Shown one piece after another: positions 13,673-25,731 of a stretch of 64,000 bases of DNA. Location of the stretch: contig OX638153.1 in NCBI GenBank assembly GCA_951804945.1, positions 50,964,001 to 51,028,000 on the forward strand, read 5' to 3'. The translations under genes were made by a program, and so were the position numbers. The notes under the pieces are model-generated. The model was not told the DNA's origin. It saw only the letters and a program-made list of their open reading frames with translations, and searched no databases. How positions within the stretch are numbered: position 1 is the first letter of the stretch; each line of letters begins with the position of its first letter. This DNA is from Podarcis cretensis (taxonomy: Eukaryota).

Positions 13673-13989
13673 AACCCCCCTCCTACCAGTAGAAAGATAG
13701 CTATTTAAATGTTTGTTTACAAATTGAATATGTTTTACTTATAATTTTTATAATCTATACAAAATATAATCACATAACATGGTAGGAACATAATGAAATA
13801 TTGTTGAAGCAGAAAAGCATATAATCATGGAACTGGAAGGGACCCCAAGGGTCATCTTTCTAGCGCAACCGCCTACAACATAGGAAACTCAGCTAAAACA
13901 TCTATGACAGATGGCCATCCAACCTCTAATTAGAAACCTCCAAGGAAGAAGAGTCCAGAACCTCTCGAAGGAGATCCAACTTTCATGTA

Positions 13990-14215
13990 CAGTGGTACCT
14001 TGGTTTACAGACGCTTCAGGTTACAGACTCCGCTAACCCAGAAATATTACCTCGGGTTAAGAACTTTGATTCAGGATGAGAACAGAAATCGTGCTCTGGC
14101 GGCGCGGTGGCAGCAGGAGGCCCCATTAGCTAAAATGGTGCTTCAGGTTAAGAACAGTTTCCGGTTAAGAACGGACCTCCGGAACGAATTAAGTTCTTAG
14201 TCCAAGATACCACTG
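13990..14215. mobile_element. Tc1/mariner (Tigger-like) MITE
   Basis: Same family, with TA TSD. Confidence 0.9.
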
Positions 14216-15129
14216 TATTATAAAAAGTAAACAACACTTATTTGACCCAAGTTATTTGACACAGAGGGGTTCAGGGAGTTCTGTATATATGGGTGAATTT
14301 TTAAAAGCAAGTGATCCTCACTGACCTGGTGCAAAAAGATTTTGTCATCCGGTGGAGCCCTGGCTGCCCCTAGATAAAACACTATAGCCCTACACACCCT
14401 TACCTGGGAGTAAGGCCTACTTTCTTCTCAGTAGACACTTATTTATTTACTAGATGCTAGTCAGCAGACCAGGCGACCCCGCTCGGCTAGGCGCCAGGGT
14501 GGATTTCCCCCGTGCCGTGCAGAACTGGGCCAATGCTGCCGACGGGCCCTGTGCCCTTTGGCTGGGAAACACTGATCTAGTCTAACCCCCTGCAATGCAG
14601 CTCATGATAAAATGCATGGCATGGGGCAATATCACTTAGCTCCCAGATTTAAGGAACTAGAAACACACAAGCCTGGACCTTTAGTAGTGGTTAAGATTGG
14701 TGAAAGAGTACTTGGCGCATGTATCACACACAGGATTCTTACTGTGCTTTGTGCTTACCTTGACTGTGTGCACCTATTCTTAGCACTGAGAAATGGGATG
14801 TTATCAAATGCAGTTAAGCAGAGAAAACTATAGCTGAGATGGCAACTTTAATTTTATTAACCTAGAAATGAACCTTTGAAGCCAGGCTGTGAAACAGTTG
14901 TAAAGCCTTTATCCTCTTTGAAAGTGTCAACAATAAGTGATTTTGCTACTTTTCAGTGCAAGACAGCAGATTATAAAAAGCAAAACCAATTGCAAGCAAA
15001 GATTTGGAAGCAGAATTAATGCAGCGATGTGCTGATGGCAGACTCCCTTATTTAAATACGAGGTGGTAGACTCCTCATCATGACAACTCCGGTTGTTGAA
15101 GGAATTGGGTAAGGAGACCGAGAGGATAT

Positions 15130-15452
15130 ATGATAGCCATATTCAAATATCAAATTTCACATGGAGGATGGAGCAAGTTTTCTTTCTTCTGCGCTTGCGA
15201 TTAGGACCCAAACCAATTGATCAAGTTACAGGAAAGAAGATTCCAACTAAATATCAGCAAGAACATTCTGGCAGTAAGTGCTGTTCAACAGTGGAACAGA
15301 CTCCCATGAGAGGTGGTGGACTTTCCTTGGAAGTTTTTAAGCAGAGGTTGGGTGGCCATATATGATCTAGACGAGATTCCTGTATTGCAGGGGGCTGGAC
15401 TATATGACCCTCAGGTTCCCTTCCAACTCTACAAATCTGTGATTCTATAATC
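15130..15452 (+). mobile_element. CR1 LINE 3' end
   Basis: C-terminal motif SLEVFKQRLGGH and a 3' UTR ending CCCTTCCAACTCTAC..GATTCTAT. Confidence 0.85.
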
Positions 15453-17525
15453 ATTTACCACTTCAAAATTAAAACTATAGTTGTGTATTAGTCATCAGAT
15501 GAATGTAATGTAATCAAGAAAAACAGGGAAATATTGTAACCATAATTTTGGTAGAGCAGAGAAAATGTTCACGTAGTCCAGCACAGTCTCCAACGGCAGC
15601 CAGCAAATGCCCCCAAAATGTTCACCAGCGAGGAGAGCACGGGTCCTCCGCTGCCCACACCCTCCCTGCGCAGAAGACTTCCGCGCAGGGAGAGTAGGAG
15701 GAGACTGGGCGTCAAAGAACTTCTTTGCTGGAAGAAGTTCAAGAAACGCCCACTGACGGATTCTGCCAGCGATTGAGACAGCCACGGATGGGTGGCTGTC
15801 CGGACAGAAAGGGTTCACCCAGGTAACCCAGCCAGGTGTGGCGCCAACTTACGCACGAGCAACCCCCTAGAACCATTACAGGTGCACAGTTCAAAAAGAG
15901 TAAATATACACTCTCCTGCAGAAGTCAGTGTACAACAGGTTTTTAAGAAATGCCAGAACCAGAAACCATCAAACGTCATAATATGAACCACAGTAACTGA
16001 CTGTGTACTAAAAGCTATCCAGAAACATCCACCAATACTACCTACATGCACTTATTTTGTCTGGAAAAGAAATTCTTTGTGCTTTATTTTTGAACTGCAT
16101 TGGTAAAAATTTGCTTTAGCCTACAAGAATAGTCTAGTTGCAAATTCACATAATTATATAGATTACTAAGTGAAGTATTAAAATGACTACATTTTACAAC
16201 ATTTTTTTCTATAGAAATTTTGGTTGAAGGCTGCATGGCACTTAGCTATGACATTAAGTTTATATTGTGCTATAAATGAACCATTAACATTCAAAGATTT
16301 AAAAATGGTGAATATACCAATATACCACAGCTGCTAAAATATTCTGTTACACACACAGCAAGGTATGTTTTGTTTCTATGGTACTAGAGTTTAGTACAGA
16401 AGTGGCAACTCCTGGAAACATTTATTAAATACAGAGGCTGAGTATGAAAGGATTTCTGCTACTGCCCTGAAGTACAAAATTCTACAGTACTGAATAACCT
16501 TAATGATATGCCAAACAGCAATTGCAAGTAATTTATTCTCAAGGTTTTTATGAAAGTCATTACAGTTGCAGTATCATATCAGGTTATAATATTATTCATG
16601 GCTGTTGAGTAATCCATATGCTACTTTGTGACACATTTATTAACAAAATTTTTTCTTGCACTGGAACTAACATTTTGTTCTTCTTAAAGCATGAGTGTAA
16701 AAGATGGTATTCTCTGTATTTAAAGCAATATATTCAGGAACACCTTCATAAGCAGAATGAAGAGCATCATTGTTCCTTGCCACTACATGGGCCTAGCAAT
16801 GATTCAGGGATGTATCCAACTAAGTCATACTCATACTCACTAAAATCAGTGGGCTTAAGTTATTCATGACTAACTTGTCCATCAATTTCAATGGGTCTAC
16901 TTCAAGTATAACTCTGGCCAGATGCAATGCATGAATATTAAGGCTGTAATTTACAAAGACAACAGCACTAAAAACCTGAGTGTTAAGTGTTCATTTTGCT
17001 ATAACAATCATCTCCATACATAAATGATGGTTATCTTCAAAGCCCCCAAAAGAGCAATACTATTTGCATTCAGCAAAGATCCTATCAGGGTAAGTGTTTG
17101 GGAGATAAAGTTATAATGTTATTCATATGGAGTCCATTAAGATCTTAGGATAAACAATAGGCACAACTCAGGTTTTTTTCTGGAGTGTCATGCTAGGATC
17201 CAAAGAATCATAAAAATATTTTGCATACTTAAATAAATTTGGGCATAGGTTGCTCAAAATAGCCTCCCCAGCCTGCACTGCATGGCAAACGTCTTTTGAA
17301 ATAGGAAGTTTAAAAGCAATTTGTGATATGGCATGAAGTCTGGTGTTTGAACAAGTCCCATGGGGCACATACAACACTTGGGGCCTATTTAAAGTAGCTC
17401 TTTCAGTCATGTGTGTAGGGAACAGGAAAGGAAGAGGAACCTTTATTGCACACATGGAAGTCCCTTGCACCAGTGGAACTGCAGTGCTGGATATGACTCA
17501 GTGTATTAAAAAAGGTAATACAGAC

Positions 17526-17965
17526 TGAAGGACCACACATATCTGCTATTTGGGTCCCTGAAGCACAGATTCACACAAAGCGGCAAAACGCTCTTGCAGG
17601 TTATTAACAGGATTTTTATTTGAAGTGCATATGCAAAACAAAGGTACAGGGCGATCAGTACGCAACCTGTACACAGTAGTCAGGGTGTGCCCCTTTATAT
17701 AGATTTGCAAAATAGAATACCACCTGATCTCTTGTAAGTCACCTGATTTCTGGGAAATCGAAACTTATAATAAGTTCCTATTACCACATAAGGTCTTGGT
17801 CTTCTCTCCCTCCTTCCTGCAACCTCCCTCATCCTGGTATTACAAGAAATCCTTGTTCCTTATCTCTATCTGCCCAAGCTAGACATTCCGAGAGGCCCAT
17901 TTGCAATGTAACATTTAAGCATGTCCTTCAATAATAGAACAATTATATTGTAATATGCTCCTTCA
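17526..17965 (-). repeat. 3' LTR of provirus (440 bp)
   Basis: TATATAAA (17694-17701) and AATAAA (17615-17620) on the minus strand. It is preceded by the purine-biased AGTGAAATTGGGGAC, a weak polypurine tract. Confidence 0.93.
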
Positions 17966-20307
17966 GTCCCCAATTTCACTGTTTGGACAGATTTCGCTCA
18001 AAGAGCAGAATCTCGTTCTCCTGTGGAAGACTTCCAAAATACAAGTAGTCATCCCGTCAAATTAAATGTGGCACAGAGACCACCATGTTAGGTGAGGACA
18101 TAATCCAGGCCCAATTTTCACAATTGCTGTGCTATCAAATAAGAACAGGTTTAAACGGATACGCATAAAATAACACATATCGTCTTTCGTTACTTGTGGC
18201 ATTCAAACACTTTGTGGACGTGGTCTATGCTTTACATTGAGCTGGAAGGTCCACCAATGACTGAAAAAAAATGCTGTTCGTTTTGTTTCCTTTCCTTTTC
18301 CCGTTCCCAGGTGTCAGAGTTAGTTCTCAGGTCTCACCCTCCAATATGCACAGCAACATATCCTGGTGAATCCCCGTAGGGCTTTCATCTTGACCACGTG
18401 CTTTGTCCCTGGCAGGTTTGGGCACGTCGTGAGGGAAGTGTCCTTGCCTTTTGCCTCTCTATGGGACCGCATCATTATTATTAGTGCTGGTCTCGCACTC
18501 TAGGAAAGTTGCTCAGTTGTCCTAAGGGGACCAGAGAAAAGTCAGTGCACCTGGGATACATGCCCAATCAGAACTGAGACCAATTTGAATTTATCTTGCC
18601 CCACGGTTTTCAATTTTCCCAACCAATCTGTTAAACAAAACCATTTGAAAGGGCACATGTCCAAATAAATCAATTCAACTCTATAAGGGATCATTTCAGC
18701 TAAAGCAAAGCATATACACCTTTATTTATCTGGTGGTATTATGGATCCAAAAACATGTCCTTGGTAAAACGAGGTTGTAGCACATTTAAAAAAGAACTGG
18801 GGTTATAAAGTGAGTAAATCTAATGAGTAGATTACACAATAGCCTGAAATATTGGAAAGCATGAGAATCCTCTTAAACTGGTGTTAGCAATAAAATACTA
18901 TACTTTAAATTACACATAGACATTCCTTTCCTTTTCGTGGAAACAATACAATGTCAAACATATTTCAACATTCCAACATAAATAACATGTAATACAGAGC
19001 AAACTAATTAAACATCAGTTGCATATTTTGAGGCAATTATGAAGATTCTAGGTCTTCTTTCCAATCCTGGACCACAGTCTTGAGGTTCAAAAGTGACAAA
19101 AATGTCCTTATAATACAACTCCTCCCCCCTTTCGTTAGCACCACCCCATCTCAGTCATTATCCTTTGAAAGGAAAGAGTTCATGTGTCTTTGTTGCTGCT
19201 GCTGCTGTAGGTATTCTATAGTTTTGTAGTCAGGAGGAGTTGGGCCTAGGGTTTTCCATCACTGTCTGCAACAACATCTATAGAAGTGATATGCTGTAAG
19301 GAGGGGGGGGGCAGGGACTTAAAAGAGAGTTAGAAAGGAAGAAGGGGTAAAAAGCCCCTCCCCAAAAATGTCCTTAAGTTATCTTAGCTGCAGATAATAA
19401 AATTGTAGCATGTTAAGCATTGTATTCATTTCAACATTATCATTACATTTCCAGATAATTATTATAATTATCTGCTAAGGTTGCTTGTTTTCCTTCATTG
19501 AGTTACTCCACATATACAGACAAAAATAAAGAAATAGCTTAAAAATTACGTTTTCAGATGAAAACGGACTTGACAGAAAGACACCATATTTTGGAAAGAA
19601 CTATTATTATTAAAAAAAATACAAAGAATACACACAAAAAATATTATTAAAGCCACACATATGGACATATGACACACGTATGGACAACATGTAGCATATA
19701 AAACATACATAAATTACCAATCTTCTGGTAATTGTAAGAAGAAGTTTAGCTCGCATCCTGTTCGTTTCTTTAAGCGAAATAGAACGGCCCCATATAAATT
19801 GTTTTACGACCCTTGTCTCCATAAAAAGGGTCTTTTGACCCTCCATGCTTCACCAAGCACTAGCCTGTTAATTAAACTGTCAGGGATGTCCCTCTGACTC
19901 CCTCTTTTCCCTTGCAAGGTGAATAGCCACAGACCTATCCTTAATCCCTAAGACGGATTCTTAAAATTCGTCCTTTTCTTTTTCCATTTCCAGAGGAGAT
20001 CGTTCGGGGCGACTTATTCTGTGCGCACGTACTAAATCCTCATCCTCACGAGGAATTGATCAGATTCCTCTGCCCCCCCCCCCAATCCCTTGGGACCATC
20101 CATTACTCACCATCCTACGGTCGTATCGTTTCTCCCTAGCCGCCTTCTCCTGGTTTGCTGCTCTCCATGGCCCGGTAGACTGGGCAGAACACCCCCCTAC
20201 TTCTTCAGCCAAAAATGGCTGGTGCGCGCTTTGAAGGCGGGGGAGGGTCCCCCCACCCTCCTCAGACCAGACAGGGAAGAGCAGACCTGCCTTTGTGTCA
20301 ATTCTAG

Positions 20308-20465
20308 CAGTGGCGTAGCGTGGGTTGTCAGCACCCGGGGCAAGCCAGGTAATTTGCGCCCCCTAACCCTGGATTTGCGCCCCCTAACCCTATCCCTAAC
20401 CCTAACCCCCAGATGTTGCGCCCGGTGCGGCCGGCCCCCCCTGCACCCCCCACGCTACGCCACTG
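20308..20465. mobile_element. hAT (Tip100-like) MITE with internal telomere-like repeats, nested in the ERV leader
   Basis: Perfect 17-bp TIR CAGTGGCGTAGCGTGGG/CCCACGCTACGCCACTG and a perfect 8-bp TSD AATTCTAG (20300-07, 20466-73). Confidence 0.92.
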
Positions 20466-20484
20466 AATTCTAGTGCTCATTATT

Positions 20485-20502
20485 ATCCCGGGCGAGCCCC
20501 CA
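20485..20502 (-). promoter_or_regulatory. Primer-binding site, tRNA-Pro
   Basis: The minus strand reads TGGGGGCTCGCCCGGGAT, a 17/18 match to the MLV-type Pro PBS TGGGGGCTCGTCCGGGAT, 5 nt from the LTR end. Confidence 0.92.
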
Positions 20503-20507
20503 AGAAA

Positions 20508-20946
20508 TGAAGGACCACACATATCTGCTATTTGGGTCCCTGAAGCACAGATTCACACAAAGCGGCAAAACGCTCTTGCAGGTTATTAACAGGATTTTTA
20601 TTTGAAGTGCATATGCAAAACAAAGGTACAGGGCGATCAGTACGCAACCTGTACACAGTAGTCAGGGTGCCCCCTTTATATAGATTTGCAAAATAGAATA
20701 CCACCTGATCTCTTGTAAGTCACTTGATTTCTGGGAAATCGAAACTTATAATAAGTTCCTATTACCATATAAGGTCTTGGTCTTCTCTCCCTCCTTCCTG
20801 CAACCTCCCTCATCCTGGTATTACAAGAAATCCTTGTTCCTTATCTCTATCTGCCCAAGCTAGACATTCCGAGAGGCCCATTTGCAATGTAACATTTAAG
20901 CAAGTCCTTCAATAATAGAACAATTATATTGTAATATGCTCCTTCA
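20508..20946 (-). repeat. 5' LTR of provirus (439 bp)
   Basis: Near-identical to 17526-17965 and adjacent to the PBS. On the minus strand TATATAAA precedes AATAAA. Confidence 0.93.
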
Positions 20947-22130
20947 AGACCTTTAAGATTATGCTGTCTGACCAATGTAACATGCAGCACAGTTAAAACA
21001 GATTAATTCAGGTCTGTTACACAAAGCTGAACACATTTTGTTCCCACCCTTTTGCTCAAAGGGCAAAAATTAGTTTTGATGTAGTTTAGAACTGAAAATT
21101 TTCAGCAGTCAAAATGCTATCATGTGTTCTTACTGTTCTCCGGTTTACAATTATTACTTTGATTGTCCTCCTCACCCATTTGTCCCAAACTAACTTCCTT
21201 CTGTTTTGTAATAAAATCGCAGCACAAAAAAAGCCCTAGGGAAATTCTAAGTCAGATAACTTTCTGTCATTCATAGGAATGACCGGAGACAGCATCAGGG
21301 CAATCTTAAATTGTAATGGAAAGACAGGTGCTTCTGCACACATAGTTGCTGGGCGAGGGACATTCTTTCTATAAAGGTATGAGGAACAGCATGCCAAAGC
21401 AATACAAAATAAGATGCACAACTCTTCATGTCTCCTTCAGGATACACTGATATGTGGTCAAGGAAACCTCTCTTGCAACTTACTAGAATAGGCTGAGGTT
21501 ACATAAGACAAGGAAGATACCAAGAACATCAGTAATCACTAGAAGGCAACCAAGATGTGATTGATTATGTCAAACAAAAGCAGAGAGTAAAAAAATTAAT
21601 CTTTCCCAAGAAATATTTTGACTTTGAAAAACTGGGCTGTGCCCTTTCCTCTAGTAAACAGAGAGCGTACTTCCTAATTAGATCAAAATTTTTAGTTCTT
21701 TAGTGAGATATTTAAGATGACCAAACAAACCACAAAATCTTGACTGCCATGGTTGTTAAACTCTCTTCCAGCAACTACATTGTTTCAGGAACAATAGGTT
21801 GTAGTCAACTAATTTTTACTGAGAGTAGACCCACTGAAACTCATGGACCAAAGTTAGTCATGGTCATTGAAGTAAATTATAGTTGAATACAACCCAGTGT
21901 TAGCAGAATTTATGTGTTTTGCTGATTTTTAGGATACTTTGTATCAAACATCACTGTTCTGCTTCATCACTGATAATGCTTTGAATGGTGCTGATTTAAC
22001 TAACAACAGAAGGTAACAAAAATTGAGAATCATCAAATGAAAAAATAAAATATTGGGCTTATTATAAAAGACAACTGAGAGCTATGCTGTCTGACTCAAA
22101 ATACACTCACCAGGTTCAGTGAGTCTAAGG

Positions 22131-22390
22131 CAGGCATAGGCAAACTTGGCCCTCCAGATGTTTTCGGACTACAACTCTCATCCCTGACCACTGGTCCTGT
22201 TAGCTAGGGATTATGGGAGTTGTAGTCCCAAAACATCTGGAGGCAAGAGTTTGCCTATCCCAGCCTTCCTCAACCTGGTGTTATCTTAATATTGTTGGAC
22301 TGTAACTCCTTTTACCATTGGCTAGGTTGCCTGGGGGGGGATGGACGTTGCAACAACATCTGGACAGAGCCATGTTGAGAAAGGCTTTCA
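22131..22390. mobile_element. Two adjacent fold-back MITEs of the ACTACAACTCCC family
   Basis: CAGGCATAGGCAAACT...AGTTTGCCTATCCC followed by a more decayed copy. Confidence 0.7.
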
Positions 22391-25300
22391 TAGAACCATT
22401 ATAATATAAAGGACCACACCATCTTTAAGACAATGCAAAGCAATTAATGCCAAACGTGCTAGAATCTAGTCTAGCGAAGTACTTTTTGATGAGAATTTGC
22501 CTCTTCCCCATAACTGTCAGTCACTCTTAACACAATTCAGGTGACTGAGTGCCTTTCGCTTTGTAAGCAAAACATTGAGATCTGTCAAATGGGCCAAGTA
22601 AGACATGATTGTTAAAAAGAGATCAAATAGGATCAAACAGGGAGTCAACACAAAGAAGGCCACTGCACCAGCTATTCACATTGGGAGGACAGTTCCTCAG
22701 TAGAATGCAGGGGGCGGTGGATGTAGGGGAGGTTTAGTTCAGAAATGTGGTTGGGCAAAGGATTAAAGCACTCTCATCCCACAACACTTCTAACTCCCCC
22801 GCTAACAGCTACCACCAGCAGCAGCAGCATACAAGGATACATTATGTAAGTAACACTTTATTTAGTTTGGCCCTGACAAAAATGCCTGACAGCATTTGGC
22901 ATACATGATATAAAGGTGTCATTAAAAGGGGGGGGGATATTGAAGTGGGCGCGGAAATCCCCTAACAGTATATATAGGAAGCATTTTGAAACTGGAAACA
23001 AAATAGGTTGGGCAATATGCATCGAGTGGTTTTTTAAAAACACACACAAACCTCTTCTCCCTGCACTTTAAGAGAAATATAAGACACAATAAGAAAAGAG
23101 ACCTTTTCCCTTTCTCACTCTTCAGATCCACCAGTCCCCCCTGGGTAGCAATAAAATTATACAGTATAGAGCTCACAAGCAGCCACAAACCCGAATCTTC
23201 TAGCACTATATGGGAAGGCTAGGGAGTGAGGAGACGTTCCTTTCTCTTCCCTCCCTCCTTAACTTCCCTCCTCCCAAGGTCTGAACTCCCCCAGGCTGCT
23301 GTTGCAGGCTGAATGGAGACCAGAATAGGAGCACTCATCTTAGAGAATGATGATAACAGCAGCATTTTGCTGCTGATGCCACTTGTAAACTTTCTAGAAG
23401 CAAACAATGATTTCTGTGCAAGGATTAAAAACTCAAATTCTCTCAAAGATCGTGAAGGTTAATACTTTCCATCTGCATAATATAACAATATATAACTTTG
23501 AGCTATAATTTTAAAATAAAAAGTGTGGCACGGCTGCTTCAGCATCTCTTGCAGAATGGTATCACAGATTATAAAGGCTTATTGTTAATTCTGCTTCAGT
23601 GTTATGGAGAATGGTATGAAGCAACTATTTACAGAGGAATCTGAGGTGAATGCCAGTGGCTTCTAGCTGTAAGCAAACTTTATGTTTTAGGAATTTATAT
23701 ACAGCATAACCTACTCAATTGATCCCAGGGCAGTTTGCAAGATGTTAAAACACTAAGAAACAATAACATAAAAACAAAAAAGCAATAATATGAACTCTAG
23801 GAAATGCAACTGCTACCTCATAGTGAACTCACAGTACTTCCAATAATTGACTTTTAAAAATCAATTTTAAAATGTGAATCAGAAATTACTCAACTCAGTA
23901 CTATCAGGATGCTCCTTAACTTGAAATTTATTACAAAAGGAAAATGTCAAAGATTTAAAAAGATTACTGGTTCTGTGGCATCTCTCAAAAACTACAGACT
24001 TCTTAAGAATACTAAACTAATATAATCATAATGCAACAGAACACTAGGCACATTTTCAGGTGTAATGAGGTTTGTTCCTGAATGGTGATGGGCTATTAGG
24101 ACAAGCTGCTGCAGTAGATATGGTAGGTTACATTGTGATACACCTGCTGAAGCATCACTTCAAGCTACCTGTTCAATGATATAATGAATATGTACATCAC
24201 CTCCTAGATAAAAGTGTTAGAAATCGCTTTGCTTGCAGATTTTTCTTTAAAAGAAACATCTTTGTAACCACAGTTTTTACCTCTCTTTATTCTACCTTGC
24301 ACAGTGCAGTACCACTACAACTCATTGCCAGATTATAATGGCTCAATTGGAGGGACTGAACCAGTGCCATACCTGCAAAGGGCCCTTTTGCCCTGCTGGC
24401 AGAAGCAACACATGACTAGGTTGGTTGGGAACCAGCACTGACAACATCATCAATGACAACAATGAGGTCAGCGCGCGCACGCACACACACCCCACAGCTG
24501 CTTCTCATAATCATTAAGGACAAGGCAGCATGCATGGGGCACACACACACACATGCACAACACGCAGTCAGAAAGATGTTGCAGAGTGGGCAGAAGCAAA
24601 TACAGGAGGAAGTGGCTGCAGGCAGCAGCCATGCTCAAAAAGCATAGCGCACCAATGCTATGTTTTCGCTCTCACTGCTGCCTCAGTCTTGTGTGTTGTT
24701 GTAGCTGCCTGTCATTGTGGACTTCACTGCCATGCTGGTAACCAGCTGGCCACCTCCACCTGGCACGTGAAAGTGGACCTCCCAGAGCAGCGGCAAAAAG
24801 AGGAGCAACTTGCTGCTGCTAGCATAGAGCTGCCACTGAAGGCAGAGGAAAGGGTGTGGAAGACGCTGGTCCATGCACTGTATGTACAGTAGGATACGTT
24901 TGCTTAAATACTGCTAAGTGTGTGCATCTTTCCTCTGTGTCCACATTATTTCATTCACTCTGCAAGACTGCTGCCTCTAAAGTGCGCTGCTTTTGGTATG
25001 TTTTACTTGGAGTTAAACGTTATTCATGAAATAAATTAGGCTTCCTGCTGGTGCTCACAAGGATATTATTTATTATTTCATGGTAAACCATAAAACAAAA
25101 CTATAGAATTCAAAATACAAAAGCAACCAGCAAATACAAGCCATAAAACCATCAAACATCATACAACAGCAGCATTAAAATTCCCACTGCTTGTACTTTA
25201 ACTTGTTTTCTGCTGAGCTTGTTTGTGGAGCTGCACACGCTCTGAGTATTTCTTTGTAATCCGCAAAAGCTTATTCCATAATAAATTTAATTCATTTCTA

Positions 25301-25671
25301 AGATACCACAATACTTATTTTGTGGTCTTATTTCATGCCTTTCTTGGGGACATGGAGTCGCTTTTGGGGAACTACACTAGGGCTCCCAGCTGACTTAATA
25401 CCATAAACCTAAACAACTATACTACAGAACACTTTTGCTGAAGAAATGGCATGAACACCCTATCCACAGTAAGTGCAAATGATCTTTCTCCCAATGTGGT
25501 AACAAGCATAAAATCCCCACAATTATAAAGTTCAATTGTAAATACCAGTAGACATTTATCAGTTAAAATCCAGGTGTTAGAAGCATAAGACCTAGGGCCA
25601 CATTATGGAATACATCTTGAAGTGCCAACCTTTATACAATATATGCTAGTCTGAATGAATATATGCTAGGC

Positions 25672-25731
25672 TACCACTCTGCTGAAGCTAAGCAGATCTG
25701 GGCCTGGTCAGTGCCAGGATGGGTGACCACC
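25672..25731 (+). pseudogene. 5S rRNA-derived fragment (5S pseudogene or head of a 5S-derived SINE)
   Basis: GAAGCTAAGCAGATCTGGGCCTGGTCAGTGCCAGGATGGGTGACCACC aligns to the 5S internal control region GAAGCTAAGCAGGGTCGGGCCTGGTTAGTACTTGGATGGGAGACCGCC. Confidence 0.7.

Larger units (their letters stand above)
17526..20946 (-). mobile_element. Non-autonomous endogenous retrovirus-like provirus (class I/gamma-like, tRNA-Pro primed)
   Basis: Two direct LTRs with TG...CA ends and TGAAGGA/TCCTTCA terminal inverted repeats. The 4-bp TSD AGAC is at 17522-25 and 20947-50. A PBS and splice donor lie on the minus strand. There is no long internal ORF. Confidence 0.92.

Noticed and set aside
15707-15751. 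Type III hammerhead ribozyme (GGGCGUC ... GAAACGCCC looks like stem III with a GUC cleavage triplet)
   Set aside because: The core reads CUGGAAGA rather than CUGANGA, and no stem II can form. The intervening bases pair better as a simple hairpin.
15618-15776. Arg-rich short ORF (PTPSLRRRLPRRESRRR) as a hepadnavirus core-like endogenous viral element
   Set aside because: This is low-complexity similarity only, with no flanking core or polymerase motifs.
19610-20473. ORFs inside the provirus as gag/env
   Set aside because: They are short, lack MHR, zinc-knuckle, protease, RT, IN and ISD motifs, and one is just read-through of the MITE.
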